Below are positions 1 through 10,465 of a stretch of 64,000 nucleotides of DNA, piece after piece; positions within the stretch are counted from its first letter, which is position 1; each line of letters begins with the position of its first letter. The position numbers were made by a program, and so were the translations under genes. The stretch lies in IMG/VR virus record IMGVR_UViG_3300026549_000002; one strand, written 5' to 3'. This DNA is from an uncultured virus (IMG/VR IMGVR_UViG_3300026549_000002) (lineage: Duplodnaviria; Heunggongvirae; Uroviricota; Caudoviricetes). The notes beneath the pieces are model-generated. The model was not told where the DNA came from. It did no database searches and saw only the letters and a program-made list of their open reading frames with translations.

Positions 1-364
1 TCAAAAGGCTATTGTGTTTGAGGGTGAAAAATCAAGTTTGCTATTCGCAAGTTATTTTGGGGTTAATAATGATATATCTGTTGCTTGCTGCGGCAGTAGC
101 TTAATTTCATACCAGGTTGAACTACTCCTTTCGCTCGGTGTCCAGGAGATTATCATAGGCTTTGATAAACAGTATAAAGAAATTGGTGATAAAGAATGGA
201 AGGCCTGGACTAAAAAGTTATATAAAATCCATGACAAATATGGAAAATATGTACAAATAAGTTATTTATTTGATAAAGGTGATTTATTAGGATATAAAGA
301 TTCACCAGTTGATAAAGGACAAGATATATTTCTGGAATTATTTAAGAATAGGATAATAATATGA
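1..364 (+). CDS. DNA primase, C-terminal TOPRIM region (partial, begins before window)
   Basis: FEGEKS and IIIGFDK resemble TOPRIM acidic motifs; replication-module context. Confidence 0.7.
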   Translation, partial: QKAIVFEGEKSSLLFASYFGVNNDISVACCGSSLISYQVELLLSLGVQEIIIGFDKQYKEIGDKEWKAWTKKLYKIHDKYGKYVQISYLFDKGDLLGYKDSPVDKGQDIFLELFKNRIII

Positions 365-780
365 GAGAATTAGATAAATTAGCTGAATATTTACATGAAA
401 TAAAGATGCCTTTTATGCAATATGAATGTAATAAAGAATATGATGAAGATGGTCTTATTATTATATTAGACCGTCATCAAATTTGCGTTCCAGACCAAGA
501 TACTCCTGTCTGGGATGTTATTTGTCAATATGGTTCATATGGATATGAATCTGGACTTCTTGAAGCATATGGTGCAATTGTTGATGAAGAAGAAGATGGC
601 AATACTGTAGCAGGATACTTAACTGCTGATGATGTGATTGCAAGAATGAAGAAATATCATTTAGATGATGCTCGTTCTATGATTCATAAGATGGAAGAAG
701 AGTATCCTTCTAAAGCAACAAAAATGCTTCAAGCATACGATAAAATGTATCCTATGAATGTAGATTGTGGATGGAAGTAG
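361..780 (+). CDS. hypothetical protein (139 aa)
   Basis: ORF start overlaps primase stop; GSYGYESGLLE motif of small phage proteins. Confidence 0.65.
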   Translation: MRELDKLAEYLHEIKMPFMQYECNKEYDEDGLIIILDRHQICVPDQDTPVWDVICQYGSYGYESGLLEAYGAIVDEEEDGNTVAGYLTADDVIARMKKYHLDDARSMIHKMEEEYPSKATKMLQAYDKMYPMNVDCGWK

Positions 781-787
781 CGCCATC

Positions 788-816
788 TTGACAAGCTCAA
801 AAATTTGTGATATAAT
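788..816 (+). promoter_or_regulatory. SigA-type promoter
   Basis: TTGACA-17 bp-TATAAT with extended TG, upstream of recJ. Confidence 0.85.
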
Positions 817-857
817 AATATATATGCGAAATTGATAAAAGAAATAGAGGTTAGAAT

Positions 858-2624
858 ATGAAATATAAGCTAATAGCACCTGTGAATCCTTCATATTCTG
901 CGATTGAACAGGTGCTAACTAATAGAGGTATTCCTCATGATATGATTCAACATTATTTGAATACAACAGATGAGGATATAAATTCATTTAAAAGTTTTGG
1001 AGAAGATAAATTAAAGGCTGCGGCGGCCGCGCTGATAAGATGCATTCAGCAAGACCAGAGGGCGCTTGTAATTGTGGACTGTGATTGTGATGGTTATACT
1101 TCCGCCGCAGTATTAATTAATTATCTACATGATTATTTTCCGACTTGGGTTGAAACTAGATTAGACTCAGTAATGCACGATGGAAAACAACATGGTATCA
1201 ATGATCAAATGGAACTAATTGAAGAATGTGATTATCAGCTTTTATTAGTGCCAGACGCAGGAAGTAATGATGTAGATGCTTGTACTGAATTAGTACGGAA
1301 CAAAGGAATGGATATTATTATCCTAGACCACCATATATGTGATTTTGATAACCCTGATGCAGTAGTAATCAACAACCAACTCAGTGACTATCCAAATAAG
1401 GCACTATCTGGTGTGGGAGTAGTTTGGCAGTTCTGTCGGTACCTAGATACATTACTTGGCGGCAGCGCCGCCGCACAGTACATAGACCTAGTTGCATTAG
1501 GACTTGATGGTGATATGATGAGTATGACCTCATTAGAAACTAAACACTTAATCCAAAAAGGTCTTGCCGCAGTAACAAACCCATTCATATATTATATGCA
1601 CGAAAAAAACAAGTTTTCCTTAGGTGAAACACTCACCCCGATTGGAGTAACTTTTTATATAGTACCTTTTGTTAATGCAATTACTCGTTCTGGTACTCTT
1701 GAGGAAAAAGAACTAGTGTTTGCTTCAATGCTAAAACATAAAGCATTTCAAGAAGTACCATCAACCAAGCGAGGTCATAGCTTTGGTGAAACTGAAAAAG
1801 TAGTAGAACAAGCAGTACGAGTAGCACATAATGTCAAGGCCAGGCAAACTCGTGTACAAGACGCCGCCATGGAGTTCTTAGATAGACAAATTGAGTCTAA
1901 TAATATGCTTGATCACCAAGTTCTATTGTTCTTATTAGAACCAGGTCAGGTTGATAGGAATATAGCTGGTCTTGTTGCAAACAAAATTATGGCAAAATAT
2001 CAGCGTCCTACTTGTGTATTAACAAGAGTAATAGATGAAGATGGTATTCTATCATATCAAGGTTCAGCCAGAGGATGCGATAAAGTTGGAATTAATGAAT
2101 TTAAGTCAATTTGCGAGTCTACAGGTGTAACAATGTATACAGCAGGTCATGAAGGTGCATTTGGATTAGGTATTTTATCATCCAACATTGAAGCATTTTT
2201 AGATAAAACGGACGAAATATTAAAAGATACACCTAAAGAACCTTTATATTATGTAGACTACATTTATAGAGAAGAAGAAGTAAATCCTCAAAACATTTTA
2301 GACATAGCTAATATGGTTATGCTCTGGGGTAAAGATATTGATGAAGCGATTGTAGCTGTTGAAGGATTGCGTATTTTTCCAGAAATGGTTACAGTTTATG
2401 CAAAAAAGAATCTAACTCTTAAAATTACTCTCCCTAATGGAGTAACTATTATGAAATTTAATGCAACAGAAGAAGAATGTGAGCTATTCCAAGCAAAAAA
2501 TACTGGTTATGTAGAAATTAATCTAGTAGGTAAGTGTAATGCCAATGAATGGATGGGTAATATTACTGCTCAAATCTTCTGTGAAGAATATGAAGTGGTA
2601 GATAGCAATAAATACTTTTTTTAA
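858..2624 (+). CDS. recJ: RecJ-like single-stranded DNA exonuclease (DHH family)
   Basis: DCDCDG, PDAGS, LDHH, LSGVGV, GSARG and GHEGAFG motifs. Confidence 0.9.
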   Translation: MKYKLIAPVNPSYSAIEQVLTNRGIPHDMIQHYLNTTDEDINSFKSFGEDKLKAAAAALIRCIQQDQRALVIVDCDCDGYTSAAVLINYLHDYFPTWVETRLDSVMHDGKQHGINDQMELIEECDYQLLLVPDAGSNDVDACTELVRNKGMDIIILDHHICDFDNPDAVVINNQLSDYPNKALSGVGVVWQFCRYLDTLLGGSAAAQYIDLVALGLDGDMMSMTSLETKHLIQKGLAAVTNPFIYYMHEKNKFSLGETLTPIGVTFYIVPFVNAITRSGTLEEKELVFASMLKHKAFQEVPSTKRGHSFGETEKVVEQAVRVAHNVKARQTRVQDAAMEFLDRQIESNNMLDHQVLLFLLEPGQVDRNIAGLVANKIMAKYQRPTCVLTRVIDEDGILSYQGSARGCDKVGINEFKSICESTGVTMYTAGHEGAFGLGILSSNIEAFLDKTDEILKDTPKEPLYYVDYIYREEEVNPQNILDIANMVMLWGKDIDEAIVAVEGLRIFPEMVTVYAKKNLTLKITLPNGVTIMKFNATEEECELFQAKNTGYVEINLVGKCNANEWMGNITAQIFCEEYEVVDSNKYFF

Positions 2625-2747
2625 CATATAGGCTCACACGCCACAGCCGAGAGGAAAAATTAGACTAATAGCGCGCGCACGACCGAGTTTCAAGAGGAAA
2701 AATAACTCTAGGATTTTTTAAAACCGATTTTACATATAAGGAAGAAA

Positions 2748-3932
2748 ATGATATTAACTCAAAAGCAAGAAGAAGGATTAAGAATAGCTGTAGAACGTCA
2801 CAGGGCTGGTGAAAAATATACTGTAATATCTGGCTATGCTGGATCTGGTAAGTCTACTCTGGTACGATTTATTATAGACGCACTTGATGTAGAAGAAGAT
2901 AGAGTATGTTATTGTGCTTTTACTGGCAAGGCGGCGGAGGTGCTCCGGAAGAAAGGTAACAAGAACGTAAGCACTTTACACCGACTACTTTATGAACATA
3001 TTCCTAGACCAGCAGGTGGATTTTTCCGCAAGCCAAAGCCAAGAATTGATTATGATATAGTAGTAGTCGATGAGGTATCAATGGCGCCAAAGTCACTAAT
3101 TGATTTGCTCTTTTCACATAATAGACCTTATATCGTATGTCTTGGTGACCCATTCCAGTTGCCACCAATTGATAAGGATGAGGATAATCACCTACTTGAC
3201 CATCCGCACGTATTCTTAGATGAAATTGTGCGACAGGCCCAGGAATCTGAAATTATTAGACTGACTATGCAGATTCGTAATCAAGATCCAATTGATTATA
3301 TTGATGGTAATGAAGTCAAAGTAATGCCATATAGTCAGCTTAATACAGGGGTACTACAGTGGGGTGACCAGATACTTACAGCAACTAATGCGAAACGTCA
3401 TTCAATCAACAACCAAATGAGAGCATTAATGGGTAGAACTGGTGGACCTATTGATGGAGATAAGATTATCTGTTTGAGAAATTATTGGGAAGATTCAAGT
3501 ATAAATGGTGATGCTTTGGTTAATGGCACTATAGGCATCTTATCAAATAGTTTTCAGACTTGGAGAGAATTGCCAAGATTTATAAAAAGTGATGTATCTC
3601 GATTTGATGTATTGGTTGGTGACTTAGTAGTACCAGATACACAAGATATATATCCTATGGTGGATATAGACCATCATATGATGTTAACAGGTGATAAATG
3701 TTGCGATTGGCGTTTATCATATAAATTAGGTAAGTTAAAACATAAATATGGAGAAATAGTTCCAAAAGAATTTACTTATGCTTATGCTATTACTTGTCAT
3801 AAGAGCCAAGGTTCAGAATGGGATAAAGTATTAGTTCTTGAAGAAAATTTCCCATTTGATAAAACAGAGCATGCACGCTGGCTATATACTGCTGCAACGC
3901 GTGCTTCAGATAAACTAGTATTAGTGAGATAA
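2748..3932 (+). CDS. Dda/RecD-like SF1B DNA helicase
   Basis: Walker A GYAGSGKST, DEVSM, GDPFQLPP, TCHKSQGSEW, YTAATRA. Confidence 0.9.
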   Translation: MILTQKQEEGLRIAVERHRAGEKYTVISGYAGSGKSTLVRFIIDALDVEEDRVCYCAFTGKAAEVLRKKGNKNVSTLHRLLYEHIPRPAGGFFRKPKPRIDYDIVVVDEVSMAPKSLIDLLFSHNRPYIVCLGDPFQLPPIDKDEDNHLLDHPHVFLDEIVRQAQESEIIRLTMQIRNQDPIDYIDGNEVKVMPYSQLNTGVLQWGDQILTATNAKRHSINNQMRALMGRTGGPIDGDKIICLRNYWEDSSINGDALVNGTIGILSNSFQTWRELPRFIKSDVSRFDVLVGDLVVPDTQDIYPMVDIDHHMMLTGDKCCDWRLSYKLGKLKHKYGEIVPKEFTYAYAITCHKSQGSEWDKVLVLEENFPFDKTEHARWLYTAATRASDKLVLVR

Positions 3933-3943
3933 AAGGAGGTAAT

Positions 3944-4390
3944 ATGGCTTTATTTGTACAAGACCTAGAGGAATATAATATTTTACAATTAAATTCTGGG
4001 CAAGAACTAAAAATAACCACAAATGGTTTTGGTTATGGAAATGAAGATGCTTTTTTTTATATTTTTCCAGAGGAACGCACAATAGAAGAAATTGAAGAAT
4101 TATTTATGTCTCCTCAAAATACAAAATTAATAATTATTACAGATAATAATAAACGTGATATATATGGCAGACTACATAATTATGTTATTTTGCAAGAGAT
4201 TAATAAATTATATCAAGAAGCCTATCATGAAGGATATGATGAACAGGGTAATTATTATAAGTTAACCACTGATTTAATTAAAGTGACTATGAGAAGACCT
4301 AATACTGAGGATAAAATTCCTCAAATGCAAGCAACAATGGAATATATCGCTATTATGTCTGATATTGATATAGATATGAATAAGGAGTAA
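3944..4390 (+). CDS. hypothetical protein; C-terminus EYIAIMSDI shared with tail-module gene 19177-19578
   Basis: AGGAGG RBS; shared C-terminal motif. Confidence 0.7.
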   Translation: MALFVQDLEEYNILQLNSGQELKITTNGFGYGNEDAFFYIFPEERTIEEIEELFMSPQNTKLIIITDNNKRDIYGRLHNYVILQEINKLYQEAYHEGYDEQGNYYKLTTDLIKVTMRRPNTEDKIPQMQATMEYIAIMSDIDIDMNKE

Positions 4391-4392
4391 TT

Positions 4393-4650
4393 ATGCTAAT
4401 CTACACAGATGTAACTTATGCAGCAGAAATTTATGGCACAAGAGAATATGATACAGCTGAAGTTCTAAGCGCAGATGAAGAAGATAGACTAAGAGACCTC
4501 GTTGAAAAAGAAAGCAAAACAACAGAAGAATTTGATGAGATGCATGAGCTTATTTCAAGAGTGCTGACTAATGGTTCAATCTATGATGAATGGGAAGATG
4601 ATGTTTCTTATTATGATTTAGTTGATGAAGAATTTAGAGAACTTGATTAA
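4393..4650 (+). CDS. acidic hypothetical protein (85 aa)
   Basis: AAGGAG RBS; highly Asp/Glu-rich. Confidence 0.7.
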   Translation: MLIYTDVTYAAEIYGTREYDTAEVLSADEEDRLRDLVEKESKTTEEFDEMHELISRVLTNGSIYDEWEDDVSYYDLVDEEFRELD

Positions 4651-4659
4651 TAATTAAAG

Positions 4660-4695
4660 ATGGGGGATAGTAATATCCCCCATTTGATTTTTTTT
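4660..4695 (+). terminator. rho-independent terminator
   Basis: ATGGGGGATA-gtaa-TATCCCCCAT hairpin followed by T tract. Confidence 0.8.
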
Positions 4696-4712
4696 ATTTT
4701 ATATGATATAAT
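4684..4712 (+). promoter_or_regulatory. SigA-type promoter for DNA polymerase
   Basis: TTGATT-17 bp-TATAAT with extended TG. Confidence 0.7.
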
Positions 4713-4741
4713 ATAAATAAGAAAGATTATGAAAGGATAAA

Positions 4742-7700
4742 TTGTTAATGAATCGTTTTGAGTGTCACAGTCATACAGAATACTCGAATCTACGCCTACT
4801 TGATTGCATCAACAAGCCAAAGAATCTGGTTCAAAGAGCAATAGACATAGGGTTGAGTGGTATAGTAATCACAGACCATGAATGTTTAAGTGCGGCAATT
4901 AAATTAAATCAGATTCAAAGTGATTGTCCAGAAGGATTTAAGATAGCATTGGGAAATGAGATATACTTGGTTGATTCAAGAATGAATGGACAGAAGTATT
5001 ATCATTTCATTTTGATTGCAAAAGATAAAATAGGATTTAGACAATTAAGAGAATTATCTTCAAGAGCATGGATGCAAAGTTATTTTGATAGAGGACTTGA
5101 AAGAGTTCCAACTTTAAAGTCTGAAGTTGAAGAAGTTATAGGGCGGCAGCCGGGTCATGTTATCGCTACAACCGCGTGTATAGGTGGTGAATTGTCCAGT
5201 TCAGTTTTAAGAATGGAAAAGGCAAGAACAGTTAGTGACATGAATGAAGCCACGGCTGCATATAATCAGATAACCACATTTATTGATTGGTGTAAGTCAA
5301 TCTTTAATGATGATTTTTATATTGAGTGCGCTCCCGCCGCAAGTAAAGACCAAATTATCGTAAATAAAAAACTTGTACAGATAGCACAGGTTTATAATAT
5401 CAAAATGGTTATTGGATGCGATGCACATTATCTGACAAAAGCAGATAGATATGTACATAAAGCATATCTGAACTCAAAGGGCGGCGAGAGAGAAGTAGAT
5501 GAATTTTATGAATATTCATATCTACAAACAGAAGAAGAAATAAAACAGAATTTAACTCCATCTATTGTTGAATTATATGAAACAATGTGTAATAATAGTA
5601 TGGAGATTTATGATAAAATAGAAATATATGATTTATCTGGAGCACAGAAAGTTCCATCAGTTCCGATTAAGGATTATCCAAAAATAAATAAGAAACTTGA
5701 TTCTTATCCAACTCTTGAATATTTATTTAATAGTGATGATGAATATGATAGAAACTGGATAAATCAATGTTGGAATAAACTTGAAGAGAAAAATATTCTT
5801 AATGATGAATATTTAAAAGAACTTGAATATGAAGCAGATATTAAGAAAGCGGTCGGAGATAAATTAGGAACAAATGTTTTTAAATATCCGATAACTCTTC
5901 AATATTATATCGACTTGATGTGGGATAGTGGCAGCCTCATAGGGGCCGGCCGCGGTAGTTCGATGGCAGGTTTAAATCATTATCTTTTAGGTGTAACTCA
6001 GATTGATCCAGTTAAGACAAAGCTGAATTATTTTTGGCGTTATATGAATAAAGATAGAGTAGAACTTCCAGATATTGATATTGACCTTTGTCCAAGTAAG
6101 CGTCCATTAATTTTGAATAAAATTAAAAAGGAAAGAGGACAGAGATTTAATAGTAATATAGATGAATTATCAAGAAATAATCTTGGTTGCACATTAGTTG
6201 CAACTTTTGGAACTGAAACAGCGAAATCAACAATCTTAACTGCGTGTCGTGGTTATAGAAGTGAAGTATATCCAGATGGTATTGATACAGATAATGCTCA
6301 ATATTTATCTTCTCTTGTTCCACAGGAAAGAGGAGCATTATGGTCAATAGATGAAATGGTTTATGGCAATAAAGAAAAAGGACGTAAACCAGTTCAATTA
6401 TTTAATCAAGAGTTAAAAAAGTATCCTGGATTAATTGAAATTATGTTCGGTATTCAGGGTTTGATTAATAAGCGTAGTTCGCATGCGTCTGGTGTAATCT
6501 TTTTTGATGAAGACCCATATGAAGTTGGTTGTTTTATGAGAACACCGAAAGGTGAGATTATAACTCAGTGGGACTTACATGATTGTGAGTGGGCTTCAAT
6601 GGTTAAGTATGATTTTCTTGTAACTGAAATTGAAGATAAACTTTGTCAGACAATTAAATTCTTACAGGAAGATGGTCAAATTGAAAAAGATTTAACTTTA
6701 AGAGAAGTATATGATAAATATTTTCACCCAGACGTTTTACCAATAGAAGATGAAGAAACTTGGTTAAACATTCGCGGCGGCCGCGTTCTGAATTTATTCC
6801 AGTTCGATAGTATGTCTGGTAGCCAGGGTATTAAAAAGGTCCAGCCGCAAAATATTCAAGAACTCGCAGATACAAATGGCCTGATTCGTCTTATGGCGGG
6901 AGAAGGCCAGGAGCTGCCGATGGATAAGTATGTAAGGTTTAAGAAGAATCTCCATCTGTGGTATGATGAAATGCGTCAGTATGGTTTGACAAAAGAACAA
7001 CAAGCTGTGTTGGAGCCATACTTTAAACCATTTTATGGAGTTCCAATTAGCCAAGAAGTTCTTATGAGAATGGTAATGGATGAAAAAACTTGCGGCTTCT
7101 CATTAAAAGAAGCAAATGAACTTAGAAAGGTTCTCGCAAAGAAGCAGGTTCAAAAAATTCCAATTATGAAAGATAAGATTATTGAAAGAGCAGAAACACC
7201 TCAGATGGGTAAGTATATCTGGGAGTGTGGAGCTGGTCCGCAGATGTCTTATTCATTCTCAGTTCTTCATGCAACAGCATATAGCTATATTGGTTATCAA
7301 ACAGCTTATATTGCAACAAGATGGAATCCAATTTATTGGAACACAGCTTGTTTGGTTGTTAATTCTGGTTCTCTTGAAGAAGATAATATTGAATTTTTTG
7401 AGGATGAAGATGGAGATATTATTGGTTCTGGAAAAAAAGAATCAACAACTGATTATGCAAAGTTAGCAACAGCGTTAGGTGAAATTATTGAACAGGGTAT
7501 TAAAGTATCTTTAGTAGATATTAATAAGTCCGATTATAGTTTCAAACCAGATGTTGATAATAATCAGATATTATTTGGTATGAAGGCATTAAGTAATGTC
7601 AATAGTTCAGCAATAGAAGAGATTAAAGCGAATAGACCTTATACAAGTATTAAGGACTTTATGAATAAGTGTAACCTTAAGAAAACTGCGATGATTAGTT

Positions 7701-8683
7701 TGATTAAGGGCGGAGCGTTTGATAATCTTGAAACTGAATGGGCGGCGGCGGTGAATGTCAATCCCCGTATCCTGGTCATGTCGTATTATATATCTAAGAT
7801 TAGCGAACCAAAATCCAGGTTAACATTGCAGAACTTCAACGGGTTAATGGAAAGACAACTTATTCCTGCGAGTTTGAATAAGCAGAAAGATATATTCATT
7901 TTAAACAAATGGTTAAAGAATTATAAGATGAAAGATTATTATTCTTTAGAATTTGATAAAATGTATAGAATATATTGTCATTATTGTGATGAAGAGTTGT
8001 TAGAAGTAATAAATGGTGTTCCATGTATTCAGCAGAAAGTTTGGGATAAAGTATATAAAGCAATTATGGAAGATGCGAAAGTATGGATGAAATCGCATCA
8101 GAAAGAATTGTTAGATATGTATAACACAGAACTTTTTAAAGAGATGTGGGATAAATATGCAACTGGTAATATTTCATCTTGGGAAATGGATGCATTATGT
8201 TTTTATTATAATGACCATGAATTAAAAGATGTAGATATGAGTAAGTATGGAATTGTTGATTTTAATACTTTACCAAGAGAACCAAGAATAGCATATAGAT
8301 ATAAGAGAAATGGTCAGAATTTGCCAGTATTTGAATTAACTCGAATAGCTGGAACAGTTGTTAGTAAGAATGATATGCGTCATACAATTTCATTATTAAC
8401 AACTTCTGGTGTAGTAACAGTTAAGTTTACGAAAGACTATTATGCGCGGGCGGGCAGACAGATTTCTGAGGTTGGATCCGATGGAAAGAAACATGTTCAG
8501 GAAAAGGGATGGTTTGTACGTGGTACAAAACTGATGGTTACCGGGTTCCGCCGCGAGGATACATTCGTAGCAAAAACATATAAGAATAGTTCTGGTCATC
8601 AGTTATATAAAATAACAGATGTATATGGTAATAATCTTGAATTAATTCATACAAGATATGGAGAGGAATCAGATGACGATTGA
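4742..8683 (+). CDS. dnaE: DNA polymerase III alpha subunit (DnaE-type, family C); start may be ATG 4748
   Basis: PHP domain HSHTEYS and ITDHE; GAGRGS; catalytic PDIDID; SSHASG; KYDFL. Confidence 0.93.
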   Translation: MLMNRFECHSHTEYSNLRLLDCINKPKNLVQRAIDIGLSGIVITDHECLSAAIKLNQIQSDCPEGFKIALGNEIYLVDSRMNGQKYYHFILIAKDKIGFRQLRELSSRAWMQSYFDRGLERVPTLKSEVEEVIGRQPGHVIATTACIGGELSSSVLRMEKARTVSDMNEATAAYNQITTFIDWCKSIFNDDFYIECAPAASKDQIIVNKKLVQIAQVYNIKMVIGCDAHYLTKADRYVHKAYLNSKGGEREVDEFYEYSYLQTEEEIKQNLTPSIVELYETMCNNSMEIYDKIEIYDLSGAQKVPSVPIKDYPKINKKLDSYPTLEYLFNSDDEYDRNWINQCWNKLEEKNILNDEYLKELEYEADIKKAVGDKLGTNVFKYPITLQYYIDLMWDSGSLIGAGRGSSMAGLNHYLLGVTQIDPVKTKLNYFWRYMNKDRVELPDIDIDLCPSKRPLILNKIKKERGQRFNSNIDELSRNNLGCTLVATFGTETAKSTILTACRGYRSEVYPDGIDTDNAQYLSSLVPQERGALWSIDEMVYGNKEKGRKPVQLFNQELKKYPGLIEIMFGIQGLINKRSSHASGVIFFDEDPYEVGCFMRTPKGEIITQWDLHDCEWASMVKYDFLVTEIEDKLCQTIKFLQEDGQIEKDLTLREVYDKYFHPDVLPIEDEETWLNIRGGRVLNLFQFDSMSGSQGIKKVQPQNIQELADTNGLIRLMAGEGQELPMDKYVRFKKNLHLWYDEMRQYGLTKEQQAVLEPYFKPFYGVPISQEVLMRMVMDEKTCGFSLKEANELRKVLAKKQVQKIPIMKDKIIERAETPQMGKYIWECGAGPQMSYSFSVLHATAYSYIGYQTAYIATRWNPIYWNTACLVVNSGSLEEDNIEFFEDEDGDIIGSGKKESTTDYAKLATALGEIIEQGIKVSLVDINKSDYSFKPDVDNNQILFGMKALSNVNSSAIEEIKANRPYTSIKDFMNKCNLKKTAMISLIKGGAFDNLETEWAAAVNVNPRILVMSYYISKISEPKSRLTLQNFNGLMERQLIPASLNKQKDIFILNKWLKNYKMKDYYSLEFDKMYRIYCHYCDEELLEVINGVPCIQQKVWDKVYKAIMEDAKVWMKSHQKELLDMYNTELFKEMWDKYATGNISSWEMDALCFYYNDHELKDVDMSKYGIVDFNTLPREPRIAYRYKRNGQNLPVFELTRIAGTVVSKNDMRHTISLLTTSGVVTVKFTKDYYARAGRQISEVGSDGKKHVQEKGWFVRGTKLMVTGFRREDTFVAKTYKNSSGHQLYKITDVYGNNLELIHTRYGEESDDD

Positions 8684-8915
8684 TAACACTTGGATATATT
8701 ACCCTGAACAATGTAAGTATTGTAAAAATAATGATGGGTCCTGTGGGTACTACCACGGGACTCAGGTTGCAATAGAAGCATTGCAATGGTTAGATAGAAA
8801 TATAAAAGCATATGGTTCATATCAGTTTAAATGTGATTATTTCATAATGGATATGGATAAATATCATAACGAATTATATAAGAATTATACTATGGAGGTT
8901 ATGTGTAGTGATTAA
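8673..8915 (+). CDS. small Cys-containing hypothetical protein
   Basis: GGAGAGG RBS before ATG 8673; CxxC motif. Confidence 0.6.
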   Translation: MTIDNTWIYYPEQCKYCKNNDGSCGYYHGTQVAIEALQWLDRNIKAYGSYQFKCDYFIMDMDKYHNELYKNYTMEVMCSD

Positions 8916-9465
8916 AATTGTTGCATTATTTGGGGCGGCGGGCTCCGGTAAGGATACTCTTCAGAATCTAGTTACAGAATGTCTTGATGTTAATCCTCTT
9001 GTAAGTACCACAACGCGGCCGCCGCGAGGGGATGAAATAGAAGGAGATGCATATCATTTTGTAACAGAAGAGGATTTCATGAATGAACCGATGCTAGAAT
9101 ACACAACTTTTCGTGGATGGTGGTATGGTACACCTTATTCTGCTATTGATAAGCATAAACTTAATATAGGCGTATTTAACATATCAGGCATCAAACAAAT
9201 GATGCAATATAATAAAATCATTAAAATTTTTCCAATCTATATTAAATGTGAAGATAGGGTTCGTCTTGAGCGTCAACTTAGTAGAGAAGAATATCCAGAT
9301 TGTGAAGAGATTTGTAGACGTTATCTTACAGATAAAAAAGACTTTAAAGAAGAGAATATCACCTTCGATTATCATTGGATAGATAACTCTGAAGATCTGG
9401 GTGACACACTTGAAAATCTTGTATCAACTATTACTGAATGGGACAAAACAATTGATGATAAATAA
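8908..9465 (+). CDS. gmk: guanylate kinase-like protein
   Basis: P-loop GAAGSGKDT; STTTRPPR; YHFVT; WWYGT. Confidence 0.85.
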   Translation: MIKIVALFGAAGSGKDTLQNLVTECLDVNPLVSTTTRPPRGDEIEGDAYHFVTEEDFMNEPMLEYTTFRGWWYGTPYSAIDKHKLNIGVFNISGIKQMMQYNKIIKIFPIYIKCEDRVRLERQLSREEYPDCEEICRRYLTDKKDFKEENITFDYHWIDNSEDLGDTLENLVSTITEWDKTIDDK

Positions 9466-9542
9466 AGTAATTTTCATATATAATAGGTCTGGCATACTTT
9501 GCCAGACCTCCTTAAAATATTTAAATAATTAGGAGAGTATAT

Positions 9543-10465
9543 ATGTATATAGTAAAAAGAGATGGACGTAAAGTTCCTTTTAATCAAAACAAAATTATTG
9601 ATGCAATTCTCAGCGCATTTATAGAAATTGATGGTCAGGTATCAGAATATGCCCTCATCAAAGCTGGTAATATTGCAGATTACATTCTTGAATATGCAAA
9701 GAAAGCAGACCATCTACTTGATGTAGAAGAAGTTCAAGATATGGTAGAAACAGGACTTATGTCCACTAAAAGAAAAGATGTAGCTAAAGCATATATTAGT
9801 TACAGGCAGGAAAGAACAAAAGAACGTAATAGACGTGATGAAGTACAGCAACTGGTTCGTGAAAAACTTTATGCTCTGAATGTGCAGAACCAAAATGCTA
9901 ATGTCGATGAGCACTCATTCGGCGGCCGCAAAGGTGAAGTAGATTCAGTAGTTATGAAAAATATTGCTTTAAGTGATTTAATCTCACCAAAAGCAGTAAA
10001 GAATCATGTTGAAAATAGAGTTTATATTCATGACCTTGATGCTTATGCAGTAGGTATGCACAACTGCTTATCTGTTCCTTTTGATAAAATTCTTGCTAAT
10101 GGATTTTTTGATGGAAAACAAACAGATGTTCGTGGTGCTAATTCTGTAAATACTGCATTTCAACTTGTTGCTGTTGTATTCCAGCTTCAATCACTTCAGC
10201 AATTTGGTGGAGTATCTGCTACACACTTAGACTGGACAATGGTTCCATATGTAAGAAAGTCATTTTATAAACATTATGCAGACGGATGTAAGTACATAGG
10301 CAATCTTGACGAGGATAATTTAGATAAAATTATCACATATGCAAGAAATGAACAGTTAAGTATTGATGATGATTATTTCAAAGAAGATAGTAAGATTTAT
10401 CAATATGCTCTTGATATGACAAAGAAGGAAGTACATCAAGCTGTTGAGGGTATGTATCATAACCT
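9543..10465 (+). CDS. nrdD: anaerobic ribonucleoside-triphosphate reductase, exon 1 (N-terminal ATP cone)
   Basis: IVKRDGRKVPF ATP cone; QNANVDE; YIHDLD; HNC; joins exon 2 to give MYHNLNTLQSRSGNQ. Confidence 0.9.
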
